Below, in pieces: positions 20,917 through 33,500 of a stretch of DNA of 64,000 nucleotides. The notes beneath the pieces are model-generated. The model searched no databases. It worked only from the letters and a program-made list of their open reading frames with translations, and was not told where the DNA came from. The first letter of the stretch is position 1, and each line of letters opens with the position of its first letter. Origin of the DNA: Zancudomyces culisetae HAW-14-8 (Eukaryota > Fungi > Kickxellomycota); NCBI GenBank assembly GCA_052426225.1, contig JBNJNM010000021.1, positions 3,286,001 to 3,350,000 of the forward strand, written 5' to 3'. Position numbers and translations under genes: made by a program.

Positions 20917-22391
20917 AGCTCTATGATATATGTGTTGAGATAATTCTAAATATTTTTGGGTTAAAGTTACACTGATGTTTTTTTGAGCCCTGTTTATAAC
21001 ATGCTAAAGGAAAGAAAAAGTTAGTTAAACTTGTGGTTAACAGTAGTATAAACTGGTATTGTTTTCACAATCCACAACTCAATTAATAAAGTATATAAAC
21101 ACAAGAAAATATAGATATTCAAGAGATATATTGTAATATACAAAATCTATTATTTTTTCTTAAAAATATAAATAAAAGAAAGGGTGTTAATGTACAGTAC
21201 ATGCAGAGTGAGAAATAAATGTTGGTACATCGCACTTTGATCAGAAGCTACTCATTTCTGTTGATGCTGGTATCTTGACAGCGAGAGAGGAGAGGAGACA
21301 TGTTGTATTTATGATAACATGGTTTCTACAACCCTCAAACTTAACGAGAGGGTGTCTTACCTTTTCCTTTTCAATAAATTCTCTTTGGATAAGGGGATGT
21401 AAAAACTATGGAAATTTCGATAGGCGCTATTGCAACAACTAGAATTTTATGGAGTGGAATAGTTATCAATCAAGTGTGGAGAAAGCCTATTGAGGCAAGC
21501 GGTACTTTTAAGACAAAATCGCACTTCGAACCTCTCCATCCCTTCTTCGAGCTGTTGCAAAAAGAAATTTCTAAAAGTAAAGCGGATGTAGCTATTTATA
21601 AACACTATTTATCAAAACAAAAGTAGCACAGCTAATATATGATATTTGGTCACCAAGAGATATTCCGACACACTGGAATCCAAAAAACACAAACATAAGT
21701 GGAAATTTGTCTTTGCTCGTTGGGTCTTGTACTTTTTTCATACTCGCCTTGCAACCACCTCAAATACCTTTTTTTTTAAGAAAGCGGCCTTGAACTAAAT
21801 ATATTTTGATCATTGACAAGGGCCAAGATATAATATTTTATACAATTATACCAATACTTTCCTGTTTCTGTTTTTTGAGCTCATAAATCGACTACTCTAT
21901 CACCACAGAACGTGTATACTTCAAAAAATATCTACGTGTGTGTGCAGCAAACACTACAATTCTTTAAAAGAATGGAGATTCTGCTGATAGTGGTTATATA
22001 TTTAATGAAGGAGAAGGGAAGACCTTTGTGGTTTAGTCGATTTTTCGAGTCCATGAGTTCCCAAGATCCAACAAGAAATCGAATCTATTTTGGTTTTGCA
22101 AAATAAAATAAAAACTAAAAAAGTTGACTGCAAAATAAAAAGATGAGAAAAAAATTGTAGTAATGTTACACATCACTACGCACTATTATGTCTGGTGAAA
22201 TACGTCTTTTATTTAAAAAAGGATGTATAAATCGAATTGATGCCGAACAGTTAAAAGAATAATAGATTTAGTCACATGGAACTCGCGAAAAATTAACTTT
22301 AAAGTTACAAACACTCTCGAATATAACCTAAACATTCAATTGTAATAACACAGACAAAAGAAAAAAGAAAAAAGAAAACGTATTGGTTAAA

Positions 22392-24275
22392 ATGGAGGTC
22401 GATGCAGAAAAAGATGGGGTGGAGCAAACAGCAACTGTAGGTATTGTTTTCGATGTACGATTCAAATTGCATGAAAACCTGGCTGACAAACCATATTTGG
22501 ATACAACAGATCGATCAGGAAAAAGCCTTAGACAAAAGGCGGAAGATAGGAACAGATTTGCACATAATAGACGGGGAAATAGTGTGTCAAATGAACGAAA
22601 TAGATATGGAAGCCGAGACGGAAGTAGTGGCTGGGGAAATAAGGACTCGTATAGCGAAAAATATAAAAGTAGCAGCAACAGGGACGGAGAGAGAGGCAGG
22701 AAGGCTCGTTCGAATCGTGACGATGGATATAACCAGGAAGTAATAGAACTCGGACCCTGGGGAGGTGGAACTATCAGTCAAAGGGAGTCGGAAGGCGGAG
22801 GAGATTGGATGATAAGTACCGAGCCCTCACAACAAAATTATCAGGATGGGTGGGGGGAATCACGTAGGCCAAGAAATGAAACTTCTAGAAGGAGAGACGA
22901 GGAAAATGGATGGTCCGTAGTACACATGGATCCTGAAGTAAATAACCATACAGGAGCTGTTGGAAATGAAGCACAGTATGAAGATAGTGCTCGGATATCG
23001 AGTATTTGTGATATATTGCGTGCTGCAGATGTTCTTGGCAAAATGAAATTTGTTGAAGCAAAGATGGCAACAGAGGAGCAACTACTGTTGGTTCATAGCG
23101 AAGAGTATCTCAAGATCATAAAATCCACGAAAAGTAAGATTATTTATGTATTTAAAGATATATGAACAACCAATTTATATAAACTACACTAAATTGGAAA
23201 AAAAAAACCACTCTCTTGTTGATATAAAATAGATATGGAGGAATCAAGATTGTTAGATACAGGATACAAGTTTGATCAAGTTTATTTCAACAGAAATACT
23301 TATATGTGTGCACGCTTGGCCGCTGGTTCGGTGATTGAGCTTTGCAAAGAAGTAGCAATGAATAAGCTGGATAGTGGTATAGCACTGATTCGACCCCCTG
23401 GTCATCACGCACAGCGGGAAAAAGCAAAAGGATATTGTATATTTAACAACATTGCAATAGCTGTGCAGGAGCTTAGAAGATTAAAGCTTGCCGAAAAAAT
23501 AATGATAGTGGATTGGGATATTCACCATGGAAATGGGATTCAAGAGGTATTCCTAGAAGACCCAGATGTTTTATATTTCTCTATTCATCGACATGAAAAT
23601 GGTGGATTTTATCCGTGTTCGCCTGATGCGGACACTTCGGTCGTTGGGCGTAATGCGGGAATTGGAAGAAACGTGAATGTAGCCTTTGAGCGGAGTGGAA
23701 TGAATGATGGCGATTATTTACACATATTTGAAAGGCTTTTACTACCTATGTCTAAGGAATTCAACCCAGATTTTATTATCGTTGCCTGTGGTTTTGACGC
23801 TGCCCAAGGCGACCCAGTGGGAAAATGTTATGTTACGCCCGAATGCTTTTCCATTATGGCTACATTGGTGCTAAATATGGCAAATAATGGGATGGGCGGA
23901 AGAACGGCTTTTGTGCTTGAAGGTGGCCATGACCGCGAAGCAAGTGCATACTCAGCTCTTGCCTGTATCAAAGCAATGCTGTGGATTCCATTTGAAGATG
24001 GACCTATCGTGCCTAAGGCTGTTCAAAAAATTGCTCGTGACCCTAGTTCTAGTCGTGAATCATCTCTAGGTGTACCAAAGGACCAACATAACAAACCAAA
24101 TGTGGGGCCCCAAAGGCCTACTGACGAACCTCCCAAACAAGAACTAACTAAAGTCTTGGAAAGGTACAGCTATTTACCCTTTTTGGAGGATTATCATGCC
24201 TCTAAAAGTGGGAAGGCAGTTGTAGATCGGGTTATTTCATACCACAGACAATATTGGAAGTGTTTACAGTCCTGA
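22392..24275 (+). CDS. Class II histone deacetylase (Hda1/Clr3-related catalytic domain), 2 exons
   Basis: Exons 22392-23133 and 23233-24275. GIVFDVR..LH, AT.EQLLLVHSEEY, RPPGHHA, GYCIFNN, DWDIHHGNG, GFDAA.GDP, LEGGH. Confidence 0.92.
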
Positions 24276-24502
24276 ATTTTCGATTGCGCCCTTTCACCCA
24301 GTATTCTTTCAGCACAACTATTTGTGTATTGGGGTCTCTTACAAATGAGCACTTTTCCGCCTGATACTATTTATTTTGTAATAAAACAAGGCCAAACGTA
24401 CAATAATAAAGCAAAATTTTAAAAAAAATTGATGTGGCACACCATAGTGGGGAAATTCGCCTCACCACATGTTGTTACACCGGAAAAAAAGAATGTTTTT
24501 GT

Positions 24503-25365
24503 TTAGTCAACAAGTGTTGAGACACCCATATTTATCAGTTTGTCCACACACTCCTCCAATACTTTTGTACACAATTCACCACTATCATAGAAGCAATTTC
24601 CAAACGACACCTTGTCTGAGTTCATAATCTCCTTCTTATTTCCGCCTTTGCCTACTGAAGTCACAAATACATCCAAGTGGTAGGTGGGGTCGTATCCCTT
24701 TACGGCTGTACGTACTGATACAGAATAACTATTTCCTTCTTTGTTAGTGTGGTCACCATGGTAGTAGCATCTTTTTTTTATCTTTCGGTCATAAACAAAG
24801 GACAATACAGTTAGTATAATGTACACTGGGATTGAAATATACATAGAAAACCACACTGTCGCTTTGAATGAAAACTTCCAGCTGTAGAGGAAATCAATTG
24901 CGCTCAAAGATGCTCCTATATATCCGAATGCTAGCAGAATGTCTGAATGTATATTGTTTTCTTTGTATCCCTGCTTCGTCAAATACTAAATCGAAATTCC
25001 AATAAGATGGTATTAGTTTACTTTGCTAGTTCTCTTAATACCCACACATAAATCCAAAAATTAGGGCTCAAAAATTGATTTTACTTGGTGTCATTTTATA
25101 ACCAAAAGAAAAAAAATAAAAAAATGTGATTAAAGTAGGCGTTGATGGTATATGACACTTACAGTTTTGATGTTCTCGTCACAAACGCTTTTGAGTTCTC
25201 CCAAATTACTGGTATCTGCCACTAAGGTTCATGTTAATAATGTCATTGGTCGATTTATATTTATCAACAGAACCAGTTGGAAATTCTAGTTGGAATATTA
25301 AAGTAATGTTTTTTTATACATGAATATGACTATGAATATTTACCTTTAGAATTTGGTGCCACCAT
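24503..25365 (-). CDS. SPC2: Signal peptidase complex subunit 2 (SPC25 family), 3 exons
   Basis: Exons 25365-25344, 25221-25163, 24985-24503 join in frame: MVAPNSKVADTSNLGELKSVCDENIKTYLTKQGYKENNIHSDILLAFGY. Two TMs, P.Y.L, F...F...GEL. Confidence 0.8.
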
Positions 25366-25948
25366 CTTGATATCGACTTGAACCTGCTTATAACAATTCT
25401 TTTAAAGTACACCAATGACCGAGATTGGTGTTTGCTTGTATTAAAACTCTGTAAGTTGTACTTTCAAATAAATGCTTTACTCAAGAAAAAGATGATACCT
25501 TGTTTTCCTTTTCAGAATATAATGACATGTGTTTTATTTTCTTGGTTCCTTTACTTTTTGCTCAGTGTAAGCGCAAAAATAGTATAAAAAAGAAAATTAC
25601 CAATTAGCTTAACCCAGTACACGAACTTGGTCAATATAATTCGAAACCTGCCAATAAAAAGAGCCAACTGAGCTGAACTTGCTTCATACTAAACAATCCA
25701 GCATTGAGATTTCTATTTTTTTTTCCAACGCTACGCTGGAGATTTTTCAAAGGGAGAGGAAAAGACTTTATTCCAGCAGCTTGAGCAAAAATAATTCTCG
25801 CTTTACAATTGGCTTAATTGTTCCAAAGAAAAAAAATCGAAGCTTCAGCTTAATGTTGTTAAAGTGTTAAGGTTGCAAAGCTACACCATTGAACTCTATC
25901 CTTTAGTGGAAAAATCCAATGCTAATACAGTAAAAACATATTCACAAA

Positions 25949-26621
25949 ATGAGCGATCAAAACCTAAAAAACAGCAGCTATGCTTCACTATCAAACGTTG
26001 CAAATAGTTCTAGGGCTGGTAGTGCAACCATAGAGTTTTCAAAACAAAATCAGGAAAATATTTCAAAGATTTTGGATATCTTGGGACAGCTTTCAAGTGT
26101 AAATACATACATTTATATATATATACTAATTTAGCTTTTGTCACACTCTCATAAAGATTTTCTTTATTAATTCTGAGATTCATCTTAACTCTTGTTTGAC
26201 TCTTAGTGTTTAACTCTAGATTTTATTTCAACTATGTATAGGAAACAGGGGGAAATACTGAACTAAACAAGGTAATATTTTAAACCGTAGATCCAGGTGT
26301 TGTTAAATGTGTGAACGCCTAGGTTCTATCTATCGAAGTGGTTGCATCGACATATATTTTTTTGTTTGCTCATGTTCTAGTTTTTTTTCTCACCTTGTTC
26401 TCTCTTCAATGTTCGTCTGTACCTACAAATAGAGTATTCTAGAATCATGCTATAGCACTGCAACCATAGCTGAATCGAGTCTGGAAAAAATGGATGCTGC
26501 TCTCGCTAAAATAAAAGGATCCACAGCTGGTATAGTTACAAATTCTCGCGACCAGGCAGAAATGTTGAAAGGTGTTTCAAAGATTTGTGATATATTAGAC
26601 GCAAGCATGAATAAATCCTAA
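25949..26621 (+). CDS. Small 122-aa helical protein, 3 exons (weak BORCS7/BLOC-like resemblance)
   Basis: Exons 25949-26098, 26242-26271, 26433-26621 with phase-0 GT-AG introns give an uninterrupted 122-aa ORF ending ...ICDILDASMNKS*. Confidence 0.6.
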
Positions 26622-26919
26622 GAACACATTTCCATAGTAAATCACTATTGTATGAAAAGCACATGGTGTATAGAAAAGGTGGGAACTGGGAGTGCATAAT
26701 GGATTAAGCGAAAGGGGGGGGCGGGGCAAATGAAACTGGATACAAACTACACTATTTTTGCAGGTGCATTCAATCTAGTGGGATTTTGTCGATTACAGCT
26801 CTACTATCAAATTAATGTATCCCACGATTTGGAGTTCAAGTAAAAGGCATTTTTAGAGTGAACAAGAAGAAATATTGTAATGAAAAGTATATACAATACC
26901 AAGCTACAAAAGAGAAGTA

Positions 26920-27926
26920 TCAATCGTATTTAATATAATCCTTGGCTTGAAAAGAATGGAATACCAGTGACTTGTCGCTTTTGTATCTGTTTTGTATTAC
27001 GTTGTAATAGTATTTGTAAAAGTATAACAGATCTTTGATATCTCCGCTGGGTCTATCTTCTGACTTTTCTTCGCAATTTTTTTCAGTGTTTCTACACCCA
27101 GTATCTACAACATTCGCCATGTTACACTTCTGCATGGCATTGGAGTATTCATAGTAGCAAAAGTATATCGCCTCGATTGTTGCCATGTAGCTAGAATCCA
27201 GGCTTTGGTATCTCCAAAACTTTGTTTTTCTCGGCGTGATAGTGACTCTTTGCATATTCTGCAATATCCGCTTGGTCTCCATATTATGCTTTGAGGCATG
27301 CTCTGGTCTGCTTTCGTTTGATATAATCCCATTTGCTTGAGGCCAGGTGCCATCGATCACTACAAGGTCTCTATACTTTTGAAGTTGTCCTTCATCTGCC
27401 AGTTCTTCCATGGTCTTTGCTCCCTATTACCATAGATATTAAATGTGTATAAAGTTGAAGACTTGTCCAATTTAAGAAATTAATCTACCTTGAAACTTGC
27501 ATTGAAATCTGTAGATCATCGTAGTATACAGATTTTGTAGATTTTGATTTTGGGTATGATGATAAAAAGTAGACTCACCTCTCCAGGATAAAGTAACAGG
27601 CTTGTTTCAGGATCTATATTCAGTGTGTTTTCTTTTTCAGGATAAGTGTACATTGCAACGGTTGAAGGTGCCATTATCTTTGCATAGACGGCAGTGGATT
27701 TTCCGTTATTCTCGCCCCTATGCTTAATTACATGTAGTTTTATGGGAAGGTGTAGTTCAGGTAGTTGAGAAGCCAGCTCGTCCACCACCAAAACACAATT
27801 ATAGCAAAAGAATCTAATCTTTTTACTGCATTTCTTGCATTTTTGCCTTCCTGCAATGCTATCCAAAATCACTTCGGGTTCGACTTCGAAAGTTGGTAGT
27901 TCGTACTCTTCTATTTGTTTTCCCAT
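26920..27926 (-). CDS. DTWD1: tRNA-uridine aminocarboxypropyltransferase (DTW domain, DTWD1-like), 2 exons
   Basis: Exons 27926-27579 and 27423-26920. R.KC.KC....FFCYNC, IKH..E..GKSTA, LLYP, VIDGTWPQA, RKTKFWRYQ...Y.ATIEAIYF, LLYFY. Confidence 0.88.
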
Positions 27927-30572
27927 TTTTTGTAATCGCTTTCTACTTGAGTCAAAGCAGAAAAGTTTTTTTTTCACCTCTTTGTTATGAAGGCAAAAAA
28001 AAAATCGTTTTAAATTATTCAAACTTTTATAAGCAAGTCTCGATTAGCAAAGTTTGATCAAAGGTATGAATTATCATCAAAATTATGTTCTTTCTTTCAA
28101 AGTATTAACCAAAGCTCAGAACGAGAGTGAACAATATTCACTTTTCTAGTGAAGACAGGCGCTAACTGAGTATTAAAAATAAACTGACTTGCAGTCTTTG
28201 GTAGGACCACTCTGGATCCAAGATTGAGTCGCAAGTATTACTAGTTTTATTCATTTATCGCTTTGGATCAACTACAGCTCTTTCTTAAAAGAAAAAGTCG
28301 ATATGAAATAAATTGTAACATATCTAGAAATAATCATAAGAAAACTTAACACCAAGTAGTTTTTGTAAGAGTGTTATTTATTTATTGGTTGATTCGTACT
28401 ATAATAAAGAATATCTCCTGTTTATGGTGTGTAAAAGCTACAGTAGCAGTATAGCTAGGTCCAACAAAGATGTTTGGTTAGAACGCATACAAAGGTGCTT
28501 GCTGGAACAATCGAGTCCTCTTTATCAGCTAGAAAAACAAATGCTAAAAAACTTGCTTGTTTTTGCACCTCCCCCCCCCTCCCCATTCTTTTGTTTCGAT
28601 AAAATAATATAGAATTGTTATGTTTGACCTATAAGCTGGAAACATATTTTTATAGTGATATAAACTACCAGAGCTGTTTGAATGCGACACAGAGCCTCTG
28701 GGCATACTTTTCTTCATTTTGAAATCATATTTTTTTTCGCACTTTGTAGCGCTCTTGATAATGTGACTGTGTTTAGCTTGTACAACATTGCTGAAAGTTT
28801 TGCCTCTTATGAATAAGCTTGAATTTTGTTCTCCTCCTCTTCAAGTATGCTTCATTGGTACGACTTACTCATACCCAGGAGAAAGTGGTAAATGCTAAGT
28901 GTCACATGTCTAGATACACTGTGTATATAAAGTTACACCTTTTGCTAATTGACAAAGGTACTCTTTCATTTTTCGCTCTTTGGCCTGTGTACATATAGCT
29001 CTGTATTTTTTCTTGGGAGCTGGCTTGTTCAACTATTTTTTATTATTGGTGGATTGATAAGGTAGAAGCAAGCATTCCTATACGCTGACTAGCAAGCTCA
29101 ATATATCTTGAAAACCAAAGGGAGGCTTCTGGCTTTTTCAAATTATATAATCATTTGGCTTTTATTAGTTTGACCTGATCCCAATTATTTGCAGTTGTTT
29201 ACGAACTTGCCCATTTTTAAGGATTTGGACCTACTGAAATTCCTCTCAATGGTCAACTTTATGTTCGCGTATTTGAAATTTTCATCCAATTCTGTCAAAC
29301 AAAAAAGTGACAAAATGAATTACCTAACACTGTAACTGGATTCTTAGCTACAGATATCAAAATTACGTTTTTACTTCACCCAAAAGTTGCAATTTATGAT
29401 TTGATTTATTGAATTTTCAAAAAGCAAATTCTCACAAGAGAGAATAAGCATTTAGAGAGGTAAGAAGAGGGAGAGTAGGGTAATGGTATTGCAAATGTGC
29501 TACAAAATCAAGTGCTGAAGAACTTGGAATGCAATTCCCAAGCACTGATTTATCGTAAACACGCTCCCCCTGTGTCCCTGGGTATCATGATATTTTCTTA
29601 ATCGTTCTTTGATTCTACAAAATTGATGCAAATTAACATAACTTTGTGTAATCCTTTAGATTTTGCGCGTATTACGAGATAAAGCGTTTGTAAACCCGGT
29701 ATATTTAGAAATATTGGTTTTTACAACCATAATTAAAAAGCCTGAGTACAAGTTACTTGGTATTAAGTCGAAAATGATGGGGCGAAATGCGGGAAACCTA
29801 ATAAAACGATCCCACAAAAGTGTAACAAACTTCAAAAGAGCTAATAATCGCCATTATTAACATTTAAATATCTACATTGCTATAATATTTTGTTTCTTCA
29901 AGAATCTGGCTTGACAAATAGCTCGTATTTTATATATCGACATGTCCTGGTTTTTGGCATATGCGAGACCTTGTTGTATACTATTCTAGGATCGGGAAAG
30001 AAAAAAACACTTGTACATTATTATACGCATTGACAATTACAGCTAAGAGGCTATTAATAGGAAATATAAAGACGAACGATTAAGTATTATCATTTGTGCA
30101 AGTTTTTTTTTTAATAGACAGGGGTTTCGGTTTTAAGCAACGGTGTACATTGAACATTAAAAAACTAAAAAATTAACAAAATTTGGTTTTTTAGCGCTAT
30201 ATACACACCACTAACTTATTTTCGTTGTTTGGAACATACCAGTTAATGAAAAAGAAAATTGAATTTAACTCGGAAAAAGATATTCAAAACGTATCCTTTT
30301 TTTTGCGATAAGCGATAAGAGTAGGCTAACAGTGGTATCAGACACAGAATTCAATATACAACTGGATTCAAAGAAAAATTATATACTACCAACTCCTTAT
30401 TTTTAGCACAGGTTTACAATTACAATAATTCTACATAAGCTGTGTTGACAACACTTTATAAGAACACCCGCTCAACATCCTCAAATAAAAAGCGCATCGA
30501 AAAAATACACAAAATAAAGACAGCTGCAAAGTACAGGAAACGGTAAAGAATTGAACGACCTTTAATGTAAAA

Positions 30573-33500
30573 ATGATAAGCGTGATCAAAGAGGAAGGAA
30601 TCAAAAAACTATTTGAAAAAGTGTCAACTAACGGTGATATATGTGATGATACAATGAAAGTACTACAGCAGGAGATGGTGCCCTATTATTGCGAGCGTCG
30701 AGCTACGCTTGATGGAAAGGTATACATAGTAAATACCATTACTGATCACACATACTGGAGTGAAAGTAGTTCTACGAAAGTACAGCCGGTACCTATTGGC
30801 GTTAACAACTCAGACACAAAATACATGCAACCCAATGGATATATTTGGGCTATCACTTCAAAGCAAAGTAGTGTACACGAAAGCAAGATCAGCAAAGACA
30901 ATATGGATGAGGTAAAAAAAAGCATTGTTTCGATGCTTTCTGCTATCAAGAGCGCTGGTAGGATGTTGAGCAATCACAACATCTCGAGTGGTATGGTAAT
31001 AACCTTAAATAGACTACAGAACTCGATAGACATTCTCGAAAAAGAAATATACATAGGAAACAAAAACAGATACTTTGAAACGGTAGCTATAATTGCTGAA
31101 GATGCAAATATAATAACAAAACTTGTTGCGATGTATGGACCCAATGAAGAGCCCCAATCACAATCAATAGAAAGCAGCCGGAGGCTAAGCGTACTGGCAC
31201 ATGAAATGTTACTTTCTGCAGGGATAGCTGCAAGCATCTGGGAGCCTCCAGATGCTATTTTGCGTTTGATTAAATGTATACTGAGTTATTTTGTGGTGCT
31301 AGAAATTATTGTGCGGGACTTTTTAAAAAGCGAGCCAAATATGTACAAACGTGCCTCGATTGGGGAATTAGGAAATGGAGTTAGGACAAGCTCCCATGTT
31401 GAGAACAACGCAAGCCTTGCAAAGATACTTGCCGGAAGCCGCTTTCAAAACACCAACAGACTTAATAGTACGTTAACGTTGGAAAGTGATTTTTCACATA
31501 CTATATCGTCTTCTCTGGATAGACCTTATTCTCTACAGATAATACAAAAAATAATTAGCAATGAAAGCCATATTAAAAACCCTGAAAATACTGATACCAA
31601 TGGTGTGAATGGATTGATAAATGGCACCAGCTATTTCCAGAACGAACACCAAAGATTATCAAGTAATTTACGTGTCAATCAAAACTACTATAGAAGAAAC
31701 ATTAAATCAACAATTGCCAGTCAGCGATACGAAAACACAAGGAGAGCATCATCGACCCTTCTAGAGAGCGAAACTAACAAAATCTCTGCCGATTTCGAGA
31801 CGCTCAGCAAAGGAGAGGGTGATTTAATAAAGCCTAACACAGGGAAGCTTTCTATAAGCCTGGCACACCAAGAGGATTTGTTGGACCCAGGATGTAACGA
31901 GAAGAGTTTGATATTTAGTTCCTGTATGCTTCCTGGGTTAGAGGAAACAAATGTTGCTCTCTCAAAGCATCTTTTAATGACAAAAAACCAAGCTAGCTAT
32001 CTACTAAAAAGGTATTCATCCTTTGAAAAATCACAAACGCAGTACGAGAGTATGGATAAGGTTAGTCGACATCTAGGCGTGTATTGTAAAAGGATGACAT
32101 CCAATCTAGGTGAATTTTTAGGGAAAGTAAACCAAGCCGAATATATCATTAGAGCATACAAAGTCGACGAAGATAAGATTTCATTTACAGAGGCGTTGGA
32201 TGAGGATCCAGAAAATATCAGTAAATACATTAGTGGATGTGATACACCCGATGCTGATACTTACGATCATCCAGAAACCGGAAAAAGACATATACAAACA
32301 GAGCTACTGCGGCTACAAAAGCTCAGGGAAGAAGTTCAATTCTTGAGCATGGATATCGTTGTTGCCGTACAGGATCTTTTGTTTCTTTCTCCTCAGCTGT
32401 ACATCAATAGTGTACTTCATAATGGTCCCAAGGAAGAACAGGCGGCTGGTGAGAACATATCCACAGAAATTTGTAGATCTCATGAGAGTGGAGAAGAAAT
32501 AGATCCAAATCTAAACAAATCACGAAACATCAAATATGGGAGGGAGGCACGAGGTGGGCTGAGAGAAACAGTATTAGACTCCTCTGTGTTTTCCCTGGAT
32601 ATACCCTTCAAAAATTCACATCAAGATGCTAACACTAACCCGTCACCATATCTTGACAATACAAGCCTCTACACAGACTCGCAACATGAACAACCCACAA
32701 AAGCTTTTGATTTAGACTCAAAGACTCATTCAGTTCTGGTTTCCCACCCGTTTGCTCTATTCCGCCCTGACTCTACTGAGAGGAACACAGGCTTTCTAAG
32801 TAAATTGAATCAGTTGACGATTCTTTTACTAAGGCTCGACACTACTTGTTTAAAACTATGGCTTTCAGTTAAATATATCTTTGAGATATGTGATAAAAAA
32901 ACAATTGAAACGTTATTGAAATGTGCAACACCGAGAAATAGCGTGATTAAGGGGGGATACCGCTCAACGATGAACCAGAACTCACATTTATCCAACTCAG
33001 GTGGTCAATTCAATATAACACAGGACGCACCCTTGGTATTCTCGAATGTCGAGTTGCAGAGGAAACATCAACCACTTCTGGTTAACCCAAAACTAGATTC
33101 CAATTTTTCAAAACCATCAGGGTTGAATAGCAACACTTTTAGCACCGTCCGGCCTGCTTCTACTAAACTTTCGGTTCAAAATAATGTCTCGCGCATGTTT
33201 TCGTACAAAAAAATCAAGAATTTTGTCAAGAACTTTAAAAAACCTTCAAAAGGTACTATACTCTCTTCAAAAAGAGAAAGTGGACTCGACCCAACTTCAG
33301 ATACATTTGGCAAGAAGAGATCAGCGTTCGAAATGGGTCGTAGTATTTCTTCTCGACCAAGTAGCATTTCCGAACTACAAGAACTCACAGAAGATATATA
33401 TCATAATGGGCTAGTATTTGACTCGAAAAAACGAGTCAAGTGTGGAACTTTAGAAAATCTAGTTGGTTACTTAACCTCAGATACTATGCTTGACGAAGAT

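Noticed and set aside
21408-22106. Short intergenic ORFs between the PLC-like gene and the HDAC
   Set aside because: No recognisable homology or consistent splice structure.
28030-30570. Possible hidden gene or SH3 exon upstream of the RasGEF
   Set aside because: Only short, stop-interrupted frames; nothing recognisable.
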